In this document: piece after piece, positions 11,336 through 22,032 of the stretch
How the letters are laid out: every line of letters starts with the position of its first letter
Numbering within the stretch: position 1 is the first letter of the stretch
Origin: Cladosporium halotolerans
Taxonomy: Eukaryota
DNA: 64,000 nt
Assembly: GCF_011745625.1 (NCBI RefSeq)
Contig: NW_027191460.1
Coordinates: forward strand, 496,001-560,000
Direction of reading: 5' to 3'
Made by a program: the position numbers and the translations under genes
The notes under the pieces: model-generated
What the model saw: only the letters and a program-made list of their open reading frames with translations
What the model was told of the DNA's origin: nothing
Database searches by the model: none

Positions 11336-12949
11336 ATGGCTTTACCAGAGGAAACGGAGATTGCTCCCAGAGTATCATCAGACGCTTCTTCAACCTCCAC
11401 TAAGGATAACGAGGACGAGCCGGGCATGGATCTTCACCAGACGTCGATGCAGCGCACCAAATCCCTGGAGCAGATGGTATCTCTACCCAGAGAGATCCTT
11501 GTCGTCGGCATCATCAGTCTGGCTCAGTTCACCACACAGGTGGGCCTTGGACAGGTTCTCTCGATACTGCACGTCATCGCAGCGGACTTCGGTATCACAG
11601 ACGCTGGAGTTCAAGCATGGCTTATTGCCGGTTACAGCTTGACTGTCGGCACGTTCATCTTAGTATCTGGGCGCCTAGGCGACCTGTTCGGCTACAAGAA
11701 AATGCTAGTCATCGGATACATCTGGTACGCGCTATGGTCTCTGGTCGCTGGATTGGCGGTCTACTCGAACTACGTCCTTTTCATCTTCGCGAGGGTATTT
11801 CAAGGCATTGGACCTTCAATCTGCCTCCCGAATGGCCTGGCCCTTCTGGGTGTCCTTTACAGCCCCGGAAGAAGAAAGAACATGGCCTTCGCCGTATTCG
11901 GGGGTGTAGCCCCTGGTGGATCAGTCATCGGTGCGGTCTTTGCAGGAATCTTCGCCCTTGCCTGGTGGCCCTGGACTTTCTGGTGTTCGGCGTTGGTGCT
12001 GGCTACCATCGCCGCCGTTGGAGCATGGGCCATTCCTGATCCTCCACGAAAGATCGATATCAGCGAGAAAAGTACCTTCGACGTCTTCAAAATGTGCGAC
12101 CCGCTCGGCGCGCTTGTAGGCGTGACCGGCCTTGTTCTATTCAACTTTGCTTGGAATCAAGCACCCATTGACGGCTGGAATTCGCCCCAGGTCATCGTCA
12201 CTCTGATTTTAGGCATCCTCATCATTATCGGATTCTTCTACATTGAACTTCACGTGTCATCAAACCCTCTGATCCCGTTCGAGGCCTTGAACAGCGACAC
12301 GGCCTTTGTCATTGGCTGCATGGCTTGTGGCTGGGGATGCTTCGGTATCTGGGTATTCTACCTCTGGCAGCAGCTCGAAGTTCTCCGGGGCGCCTCTCCA
12401 CTGCTAGCATCCGCCTACCTTACACCTCTGATCATCTCTGGTATCGTCGCGGCACTGACGACAGGCTTCCTGCTCAGTTACGTCCGCCCGCCTTGGGTGA
12501 TGATGATGGCCATGGTTGCGTTCATGCTCGGCTCAATCCTCATTGCCACTGCGCCAGTGCACCAGATATACTGGGCACAGATCTTCGTGACCTGCATCGT
12601 CGCGCCATTCGGCATGGACATGTCATTCCCTGCCGCGACCCTCATTCTGTCCAATGCTGTGTCCAAAGAGCACCAGGGCGTCGCTGCGAGTCTGATCAAC
12701 ACTGTCGTCAACTACTCCATCTCGCTTGGTCTTGGATTTGCCGGGACGGTGGAAGTCCATGTCACGAAGGGGAACGGGGAGTTTGATGATACCCTGCATG
12801 GGTACAGGGGTGCTTTTTACACGGGCATTGGGATTGCTGGGCTGGGGATTTTCTTGAGCTTCGTCTTTGTGCTGAAGAGTTACTGGAGGGGTCACCAGGA
12901 AGCGAGGAGGAGAGCGCAAGAAGAGAAGCCCGTTTCATCTGAAGCTTGA
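11336..12949 (+). CDS. MFS DHA2 drug:H+ antiporter, ATR1/aminotriazole-resistance type
   Basis: ~14 hydrophobic segments; AWLIAGYSLTVGTFILVSGRLGDLFGYK; PFGMDMSFPAATLILSNAV; intronless. Confidence 0.92.
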   Translation: MALPEETEIAPRVSSDASSTSTKDNEDEPGMDLHQTSMQRTKSLEQMVSLPREILVVGIISLAQFTTQVGLGQVLSILHVIAADFGITDAGVQAWLIAGYSLTVGTFILVSGRLGDLFGYKKMLVIGYIWYALWSLVAGLAVYSNYVLFIFARVFQGIGPSICLPNGLALLGVLYSPGRRKNMAFAVFGGVAPGGSVIGAVFAGIFALAWWPWTFWCSALVLATIAAVGAWAIPDPPRKIDISEKSTFDVFKMCDPLGALVGVTGLVLFNFAWNQAPIDGWNSPQVIVTLILGILIIIGFFYIELHVSSNPLIPFEALNSDTAFVIGCMACGWGCFGIWVFYLWQQLEVLRGASPLLASAYLTPLIISGIVAALTTGFLLSYVRPPWVMMMAMVAFMLGSILIATAPVHQIYWAQIFVTCIVAPFGMDMSFPAATLILSNAVSKEHQGVAASLINTVVNYSISLGLGFAGTVEVHVTKGNGEFDDTLHGYRGAFYTGIGIAGLGIFLSFVFVLKSYWRGHQEARRRAQEEKPVSSEA

Positions 12950-13209
12950 GACACTCTCTTCCCTTGGTCATAGAGCATTTTGCATAATCGTAATACTGTA
13001 TTTTACCATTGTGTCGAAATCGTGGAAGTGCATGAGATATCACTGAGACACGTCGAGGTAAAGGAGAGTATTTACGCGACGATCCAAACCACCACCCATC
13101 GATCCCACAAAATAACGCAGTATGGGGTCGTGTTGGGTGGATCCGACGTGTGAACGACTCTCTGTGGGTGGAGTCCGGGGCAGTTGACGAAGCGTCGGTC
13201 GATTTCCGG

Positions 13210-13219
13210 CCGACATCGG
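13210..13219. promoter_or_regulatory. Candidate Leu3/LeuB binding site CCG-N4-CGG upstream of LEU2
   Basis: CCGACATCGG lies ~90 bp upstream of the LEU2 ATG and matches the established Leu3 everted-repeat consensus. Confidence 0.6.
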
Positions 13220-13306
13220 CAGCCACAGTCAGAACATGCCACTTCACAACGGACAATTTTGGAGAGACAACGCAAAGACGACTGCATCTTAGCAATATCA
13301 CACAAA

Positions 13307-14699
13307 ATGTCTCAGTATAACGTTGTAATTTTCGCTGGTACGTAACATTGTTATCACGATACATCAATGCATTCCTGCTAACATCGAAATAGGCGACCAC
13401 TGCGGTCCGGAGGTACAGTCTGATCGAGTCAAAGCCAGATAGCTTTCCGCCATATGCTAACCAGCATGCCCTAATCAGGTCACCGCAGAGGGTGTTAAGG
13501 TATCAACTGTAACATCAAGTCGTCATGCTCGAATGACGCTGACAGTCATCAGATTCTTCGTACCATCCAGGACCACACCGATGTCAAGTTCAACTTCCAG
13601 GAGCACCTCCTTGGTGGCGTACGTCATCCCATCCCACTACGTTCCCAAAGGCAACTCCCAGCTCACATCCACTCCAGGCCTCCATCGACGCCACTGGCTC
13701 CCCTCTGACAGACGAAGCTCTCACCGCCGCAAAGAACGCCGACGCCGTCCTCCTGGGCGCCATCGGCGGCCCCAAATGGGGCACCGGCGCCGTCCGCCCC
13801 GAGCAGGGCATCCTGAGGCTTCGCAAGGAAATGGGCACCTACGGCAACCTCCGCCCATGCTTCTTCGCTTCTGAGTCCCTCGTCGACGCCTCGCCGCTCA
13901 AAGCCGAGGTCTGCCGCGGCACCAACTTCAACATCGTCCGCGAGCTGACGGGCGGCATCTACTTCGGCGACCGCAAGGAAGACGACGGCAGCGGCTTCGC
14001 GCTCGACACGGAGCCCTACAGCCGCGCGGAGATCGAGCGCGTGACCCGCCTCGCCGCCCACCTCGCGCTGGCCGAGGACCCGCCGGCGCCCGTGTGGTCG
14101 CTGGACAAGGCGAACGTGATGGCGACGAGCCGGCTGTGGCGCAAGGTCGTCACCGAGGTCATGGAGAAGGAGTTCCCGCAGCTCAAGCTCGGCCACCACC
14201 TGATCGACAGCGCCGCCATGCTGATGGTCAAGAACCCGCGCGCCCTCAACGGCGTCATCGTCACCAGCAACCTGTTCGGCGACATCATCTCCGACGAGGC
14301 CTCCGTCATCCCGGGCTCGCTCGGCCTGCTGCCCAGCGCGTCACTGACTTCCTCGCCTGACGGCAAGAGCAAGTGCAACGGCATCTACGAGCCTATTCAT
14401 GGTGAGACATCTATCCACCAATACATGCAGTCTCGGCCCACGAAACTAACAAACCCACCCTAGGCTCCGCTCCCGACATCTCCGGCCAAGGCATCGTGAA
14501 CCCCGTCGCGACGATCCTGTCCGTGAGCATGATGCTGAAGTACTCCTTCCAGCGCCCCGACCTGGCGAGCAAAGTGGACGCCGCGGTCAAGAAGTGCATC
14601 GACGCGGGCGTGCGCACGAAAGACATTGGTGGCAGCGCCGGCACGGCGGAGGTCGGCGACGCCGTGGCCAAGGAGCTCGCGGCCATTCTTAAGGCTTGA
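13307..14699 (+). CDS. LEU2: 3-isopropylmalate dehydrogenase
   Basis: Micro-exons [24 protein letters not shown]|..., then [51 protein letters not shown]. Confidence 0.97.
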
Positions 14700-15423
14700 G
14701 GAGAGTGCCGCCTGATGAGATTGATGCTTGAACAGGGCACAGAGAGCCCGCCCGTTTCGAAACGACATGTAACGCGTAGATGAGGATTGGGTATCTTAGC
14801 ATAGAACAGCGCAGGACAAAAAGCATGGATTGCCTCGTTCGAAAAATTGTAGTTCACATGCGACGCGTTCACCTCTTGACAACGCTTCCTGATTCTAATA
14901 GCACTGGCAGCTTGGTCATGATATTCAAAGTAAAATTTTGTTCGGCAACTATTGACACACATCCCTCCTACCCTAAGCCTCGCAAAGCCGGCAATGTACT
15001 ACAACTCGCACACACCAACAATAGGTACGCAGCCCCCACCGCAGCTTCGAAAACATTACAGAAGACCAGCACAACGACAACAACGGCAACTCAGAAAAAC
15101 AACGCCAACGCTGAAGCGCAGAACTCTGCTCCAAAGAAAGGCTACCTCAGCCCCACAGAACTCGTGGAGCTGTCCATCCGTCTGATATTGTACAGAGCCC
15201 TTCTCGGACTCTCGCTGCTGGCCGAGCTCGTCGGCCTGGCGCGGTCGGGGCTTTCGCGCCTGCCGCGCGGGCTGCTGGGACCACCGTCCCCGTCGCGCTC
15301 CTGCTGATCGAAGTGCCAGAAAGATTCCGCGCTCTCGCGCATGGGGCTGGCGGGTGGTGAGGTCGTAGGGGGCGGGAAAGAAGATGAAGTTGAGGGCAGG
15401 AGGGGCGGGGGCGGTGCGCGCCT

Positions 15424-17642
15424 TCATTTTTGGGGTTCTGAGGCGTCGGCGGGGGCGTCGGCGTCCTCGGGCAGCTCGCCGGACTTCACGGCGTCGGCGT
15501 AGTCGATGAAGGAGGCGGATTGAGAGGTCGTGGCGCTCGAGGGCGAGTCAGGCTCGGCGGCGCCAGCGGCGGCATCTTCGGGCGCGGGGCGCGTGGGCTC
15601 GCTTTCGGCGAGGTTGGCGTCTTGCTTGCCGGCGGGCTCGTCTTCCGCCGGGACCTTTTCGGTCTCGGCGGCGGGCTTCTCGTCGTCCGTGAAGGGACTG
15701 AAGAGGCCGCCTTCGGTGCCGGGCTGCTCAGTCTTCTGCTGGCTGGGCTTCTTGCTTGGCGTTGAAGGGGGCTGGTTCTCCTTGTCGCTGGGCTCGGCAG
15801 CCTCGGAGTCCTCGGGCTTCAGCTCGACCTTAGGAGCCAGCTCATCCTTGACGTCGCTCTCGTTCTTCGAAGGAGTGCTCGCCTCGGACTCCTCGCCCCC
15901 GACAGTCTGCTTGTTCTTGTTCTTGTTCTTCTTCTTCGGGGAGTTCTTCTTCGGGGTCGAGGCAGCAGAAGCAACGTCGCCGACGCTCTCGGCGGCCTTG
16001 GACACCTTCTGCTCGAAGCTCTCGATTGCCTGGCTGACCCTGCGACCTTCCCACTTGCCCTCCTTGACCTTCTTAACGTCGTCACGCAGCTCCTGGACAA
16101 GATCGCGAGTCTCCTTCTGGGCCTTAGAGCCGCTGTTGCGGACCTTGTCTTCCGCGCGCTTGCCAGCAGCCTCGACAGCCTTCTCCGTCTCGTCTTCGGC
16201 CTTGCGCGCGTCCTGAGCAATGGCCTTCGCAGTCTGAGAAGCACCGCGCGGCCTGGTGGTGCGCTTCATGTAAGCCTTGTAGAAGAAGCGGGCGAAAAGG
16301 ACGGTGAGCGGGAACAAGTAGAACAGGTTGAGGTAGATGGCAAAGGCCTCGCCGGAAGTGTCAATGCAATTGACCTTGGTCCACTCGGTGCGCCATCTGG
16401 TCTCGTAGATAGGGCCAGGGGCGGCGCGCTCGGCGATCTGCTCGATCCTCTCCTCGATGTGCTGAGCGACGGGCTTGTTGTCGTGAGGGATACCAACGCG
16501 CTCGGCAACTCCCTCCTCGCCGGCGGCGCGAAGCAGGTACTTCTTGATCAAAGCGCCAATTGACGCAGTTGCGGCAGGCGACTCGATGACCTTCGAAACC
16601 TCGGATGTAGCAGAAGCGACAGCGGAAGATGCAGAGGATGCGGCAGTGGAGACCGCGGCGAGAACCTTGTATGGGGTCGCAATCGGAATGTCGTACTGGA
16701 CGAAGAGGTGGAGAGCGGCGTAGCTGGCACCGAACAGAAACTGGGCGATTTGCATGGTGGTAAGAGCGCGCTTGGCGGACTTCGGGACCTTGACGTTGAT
16801 CGCGGCAAGAGTGAAGTAGGTGTACTTTAGGAAACGTTAGCGGCTTGAAAAACAGCTGCGAATAGAATTAAAGAACTCACCATTAGAGCGTGAATGAAGC
16901 TGTTGATGAAGACGAACATCCAGATAGGCGGGCTCATGTAGCGGATACCAGCCCACATGCACAGCATCGCGCCAGCGTGGTGGTAGGTCTGCAGAGTCGC
17001 GCTACGCTTGCCCTTTGCGACAATGATGAAGGTGTCCAGGACCTCGTAGAACTTGCTAAGGTAGAAGATCCAACCCCAGAAAGCGAGACCCTCGTTCCAA
17101 AGTCTTCCGACGTCGGTCGGGTCGGGGTTGCCGTTCGGGCTCATGTGAATGAGCGCGTTCTTAGACTCCCAGATGTTGATAGTGGTGTTGTACGTGACAG
17201 CGTCGCCGAGCCCTCTCGGTCCGTGAATCTTGCATAGCGAGTCGGCAACACCTGCGAGGCCGTTCGCATTGTCCCAACCCGGCCAAGTGTGTACAAACGC
17301 TCTGAACATGGCGAGGAAAGTCGCAAAGCTGTAGATCGCGAGCGCGACATTGTGCAAGACGACGAATGGCTTGAAGAACGACTGACGCGCAATCCACCAG
17401 GGCTTGTTTCCGCGGCTGCGGTTCCAGGCGTTCAAGGCGAAGACGGTGGCAATGTAGGTGCTTGCGAACAGGAAGGGCACCTCAGGGCGCATTGCGAGGT
17501 TGAATAGCCATGGCGCGATGCCGAAAGGCGCGCGAAACGTCCGTTCGCGTACAGGCGGCGGAAGAGCTTGCGGAAGCGCGGCGGGAGGGAAGGTGAAGAG
17601 GTCGCTGGGCGGGAGCGAGAAGTAGACCTGCGGGCCCGACAT
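15424..17642 (-). CDS. GNS1/SUR4 (ELO) fatty acid elongase-like protein with long disordered C-terminal extension
   Basis: FYLSKFYEVLDTFIIVAKG, LQTYHHAG, NSFIHALM|YTYF, TMQIAQF; one intron ~16827-16880. Confidence 0.9.
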
Positions 17643-18368
17643 TGTCGCGAGTCGGTGGTGGTGTCGTTGACGGTGCAGTCGGCTGCAGGGACGCAGAAGG
17701 CGAGAGTGTTGAAGCTTCCAGGCCGAACGCGTGGGGACAACGCGTGCGGCAAAGCTTGGTGTGGTTGGAAATGACGAGCCGCGGCTGCTGACAACGTTGC
17801 GCGTGCGCGTGGCCGAGCCGAGTCTATGCCAAGTCTGCCTTTTCGTTCCCGGACACTGGAGAGGGTCGAGACCGATGGACCAAGGCGAAGATGGAAGATC
17901 GACAGCGGGAGACAAGGCAGGGAGGATTTATTGAAGGTGGGATGCCGCCTGCATTCACCTCCGAGCCGAAACAACTTGAATTCTTTCTGGAGCCATTGGA
18001 GAAACGTCATCGCTGTTTGACGTCACTTCGTCGTGTCTGCCTATGTGCAGCAGTCCAGGTGCTGTCCAAACTCCTTATACAGCGTGCTTGAATGCAAAGG
18101 CATACCCTATATCGGTACACCTCATAGACTAAGTTTGTTTTACGTGTCACATCATCTTGAATAGGATCGTTTGAGCCTCTACAGAATCAGAACGTGCATC
18201 CGATGCAAGTTGTCTCTCTATCCTGCTGGAGTGCACCTTAGTCCAGATTCATCATTCTCCAAATACAATTTCCTTTCTCAAAGCACCAATGAACACTGGC
18301 ATCTCGAAAAGACGAGCTCCGAATACTGATGCACCAGTCGCAGAGTCAACCATCGCACGCTTCATGCC

Positions 18369-19094
18369 TCAGCAGGAGTCCACATAGCGCTTCGACTTCG
18401 CGATTTCCTCCCTCCGACGCTTGAGCTCTTTCATGAAGGTCTCCTCCTCTCTATCGAGGGCCTCTTCTTCACGCTTAATCTCCGAATGTGCTCTTTTGCG
18501 TCGCTGTTCATGCCCCTCGCTAGTCGACTGCTGAGGCCACGCGTTTCCATTGCGGACCGGCTTCTTTTGGCCCGGCCCCACGAGCTCGCCCTCGGACGAA
18601 TCCTCGGAGTCATTCGGGGTAATGACCTGTGAGGACCTTGCCTTGTGATGAACGCGACGTTTGCTGAGGAACTTGACCTCATTGTCTTCTCCGTTGTCAC
18701 CCAAATCGCCGAGAAGGCTGCTCTTTGGTGGAGAGTGATCATCCGCAGCAGTTGGCGTCAAGACTTGGTTTTGGCCGGTTTCGTGGCGCTCGAGATTTTT
18801 GCGTGATCCATTGATTCCTTCGTCGTGAGACCCAGTCTTTAGGTCCCGATCAGCTCCCTTTTCGTAAGGTCCAGAATTGTCACCAGGTTCAAGCATACCG
18901 AACATTCTCAAAGCGACTGCAACAGCCATTAGCAGGAGATGAATGAAATCAAGCTCAGTGTGACTCACGATTGGACCGATAGCGGATGGTGAAACGAATT
19001 CTTTTCCCAGAATCACCCGCCGCTCTTGTCCAGACGCGTTTGCTTCTGTGAGATTGCGCAGCTGCTTCCTCGGACAAAGTACGGAGCTGAACAT
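18369..19094 (-). CDS. Hypothetical protein, charged C-terminus; 5' end uncertain, possibly spliced
   Basis: 241-codon ORF with an NLS-like RRKR and a short coiled coil; no family recognised. Confidence 0.4.
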   Translation of the reverse strand: MFSSVLCPRKQLRNLTEANASGQERRVILGKEFVSPSAIGPIVSHTELDFIHLLLMAVAVALRMFGMLEPGDNSGPYEKGADRDLKTGSHDEGINGSRKNLERHETGQNQVLTPTAADDHSPPKSSLLGDLGDNGEDNEVKFLSKRRVHHKARSSQVITPNDSEDSSEGELVGPGQKKPVRNGNAWPQQSTSEGHEQRRKRAHSEIKREEEALDREEETFMKELKRRREEIAKSKRYVDSC

Positions 19095-19613
19095 GCGTAC
19101 AAAGTATTAGCACTGCTCTCAGAGAATGGTTTGATATGCCATGGGATGTACTTCAACGCATGCGTAACACCTCTCACCTTGATAACCTTTTCGCAGTTTG
19201 TCTCTATTGTCTGAAGAATGAGCATGGGTTCACAAGACATTCACAGAGAGAAACACATCGGTTTGGGATGATCGAATCGGGCTCGCTACGCAGTCACTGT
19301 CAATGCTCAACCACATCGTAGTTGTACTTTCTCGACGCACGAGCACTGGCTATGTGCGGTATCTTGTTAGTGAGTCTAGCGAGCAAACGCCGCATGAACA
19401 TGGGTACGAAACAGGGATCACATCCGGCGTAACGCTTGCTGGTTTAGACAGAATAGCTCTAATCGCAACTACCATCGGTAGCTAGAACACCAAATGGTGT
19501 GTGATCTAAAGTAAAGTGGGTGTTATTCCCTTCAAATTTTGGTAAAGACGCAATAATACGTTTGCAAAGCGCTAAATCTACAAGTCTAAGTTAATAGTCG
19601 ACATTCAACTTCC

Positions 19614-21312
19614 TCAATGATTCTCAGGCAACCCCCAAGCGCCCAAACCATCCTGAATGATCTCCTCGCCAAAATCGCCGCACTCGAAATCCATCCGGAT
19701 CCACCCCTCGCCCTTCATCTCCTCCACGCGACTGTCTCTACCACCGCCCTTCCAAATCTCGAACGGCCAGAACTCGCGCACCGTCGAAGCGTTCTCGCCG
19801 CCGACTGCCACGGGCGTGATCGGCGAGTAGGCGGAGATGTCCAGGAGCCTGCGCGTGTGCTCGTGAAACCAGGGCTTGGACATCTCAGCGTCGCCGTTGC
19901 CGCGTTTGCTCGGGCGGATGATCGCTGGTGTGACGCCCGTGTAGAGGTTTGTGAAGAGCGGGACTTGGCTCCAGTGGTTGAAGCGAGGCAGGGCGGGCTC
20001 GAAGGAGAACGTCCAGTAAGGTGGTAGGCTTGCGGATACGTCCTTGGGGAGAGGTTGTTGGGCGGTCGTGAGGCCGACCTTGTGCTCGGCACGCGCGGTT
20101 TGTAGAGCCTTGGGATCGGAGAACTTGACTGGAGCGTAGTCGTCGGAGGAGAAGGCCATGTGGGCGCTGATTTCGCTTGCGAAGTCGAGACCGATGCCGT
20201 ACTCGTATGTAACGTTCGGGCTGTTGGTGATTGCGTTACGCATGGTGGAGATATGCTCTCTAGTGAATCCTCTGTTGTGTTTGAATCCGGCATCCCGGCG
20301 AATCAATTCACGGTGAGTCTGTTGCTGGCCAAATATGCGTTGTAGCGCGACCTTCTTCTCCTTGTCGTCTTTCCCTTCGGCATGACGGGCAGCTGCCTCA
20401 AAGACTTTACGAACGCCCCCAACGGTTCCCACGATGCTGCCTGTGTCCAAGAAGCGTGGGCGGAAGTGATCAAATCGATTCTCATCGTCGCCACCCTCAG
20501 CGTCAGTATCGTCTCCGTAAATCTTTGCAGGTAATGTGGATGCTGGAGCGCCATAGCAAGCCGCATCACTGGCGCTCAAACCACTGCACTCCTTTTGAGC
20601 GCCGAACAGAACGTCCTGCTGAATGTGATTACGAGCAGCATACTTGCCCCAATCTTTCTTCAACCGCTCGTTTGCACGCTTGTTGATGCTGAAGAATCGC
20701 TCCACCAACGTAGAAGCGCGAAGTTGCACAAGGCTCTCGCCTTCCAGCACAACTACAATGTCGTCGTTGTGAGTGGCGTCGAGACCCTTAAGGTAGTCAT
20801 TCACGCCCTCGACCATCGAGGGTATTGTTTCCCGGTTTTTCTCCTCGAGAGTCTCAGGCAGTCTTGCCGCCCAATTGACTATGATAGGGCTGGGGTAGCC
20901 CAGAATGGCTGCAGAGAACATTGTCTTACAGAAGCCGGCCGAAGGCGTTTCGGCTACCAGAAGCACATGCATGTTAGACGGCCTGGTCGCCACTCCACCC
21001 TGAATAGCAGATGGCTCTTTCTCGTTTGTGAGCAGCGGCTAGCGAGAATCAGCTAATTGCGCTCAGAAAGTAAGTGTTTGAAAAGCCACAACTTACAGCG
21101 AGGACATAGAGCATCAGCAGGCCAAACGCCGCCGCAAACCCAATAATGACCCATTGCTGACTCTGCCACAGCCCTTTCCACCCCTTCATCACCTCCCCAT
21201 CCTCCCGATCCTCATGCTGTGGCAAAAAACTCCTGGCCTCATCCTTCGCCAGCTCAGAGCCAGCCCGCGAGCGCCGACGCATCGGCATCGTCAAAGACTC
21301 GAAAAGCCCCAT
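19614..21312 (-). CDS. PLOD/GT-A-like glycosyltransferase-family type II membrane protein, catalytic motifs degenerate
   Basis: Exon 1 carries a TM segment (WVIIGFAAAFGLLMLYVLA); phase-0 intron 21096-21039; exon 2 is collinear with the neighbouring paralogue (HVLL..FCKTMFSAAILGYPSP..LFGAQKEC..PRFLDTGSIVG..YGIGLDFASEI). Confidence 0.8.
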
Positions 21313-22032
21313 GCGAGACGAGGCAGGCCGCCGTGGGAGCCTTATTCCAGAAGATCCCGAGTCGGAACACAAAGTGAAGCTGGGCGGCTAGTCCATAGGA
21401 AAGCCAACGCCCAGGCCTGCCGCGATCGCGAGTTTCAGAGGATGCGCGGGACAGCAGAGGCCAATCCCCGTCAAACGCCAGGGACTATCAGGGCGCGTGG
21501 CCGAAGTCGTCTGCCGGGAAAGCGGTGCGAGCGCGCCGGAGAGCCGAGAACGCGATGCTTGGGAAGAATCGTCTTATGAAGCGAGAAAGGAGCAAGAAGT
21601 GAGAGAGAGATAGTTGATTCACTGGATCGGACGGTCTGCAGCCCTACCGCCGACACGTATGTACAAAGGACGGACGATTATTCGAGGAGACAGCAATTTA
21701 GGGCTGGGAATGGATGCTGGGCCTGGCTCCCTGTAAATCTCGCCCAGTCCCTTCGGCGAGGTCGAGTGGATCGGTGGATGTTGAGCTATCCGGGCCAAGC
21801 CGCTTGCGGGAGCCGTTGATGGCGGCTGTGGCTGAAACGAGGACCTCAGCTCTTGGCGCTCGTGCATAAAGATGTGTGAAGACGGGTGAATCGGCAGAAG
21901 GGTTCAAGGCATTCAACGTAGCTGGTGGACTCACAGATGCAGATGAATTCGTAGATGTCATACAAAAATGCTAGATTACACCAAGCAATGCGAGGAAAAA
22001 GGTGTACAAGACCGCTAAAATAGCACGCAAAA

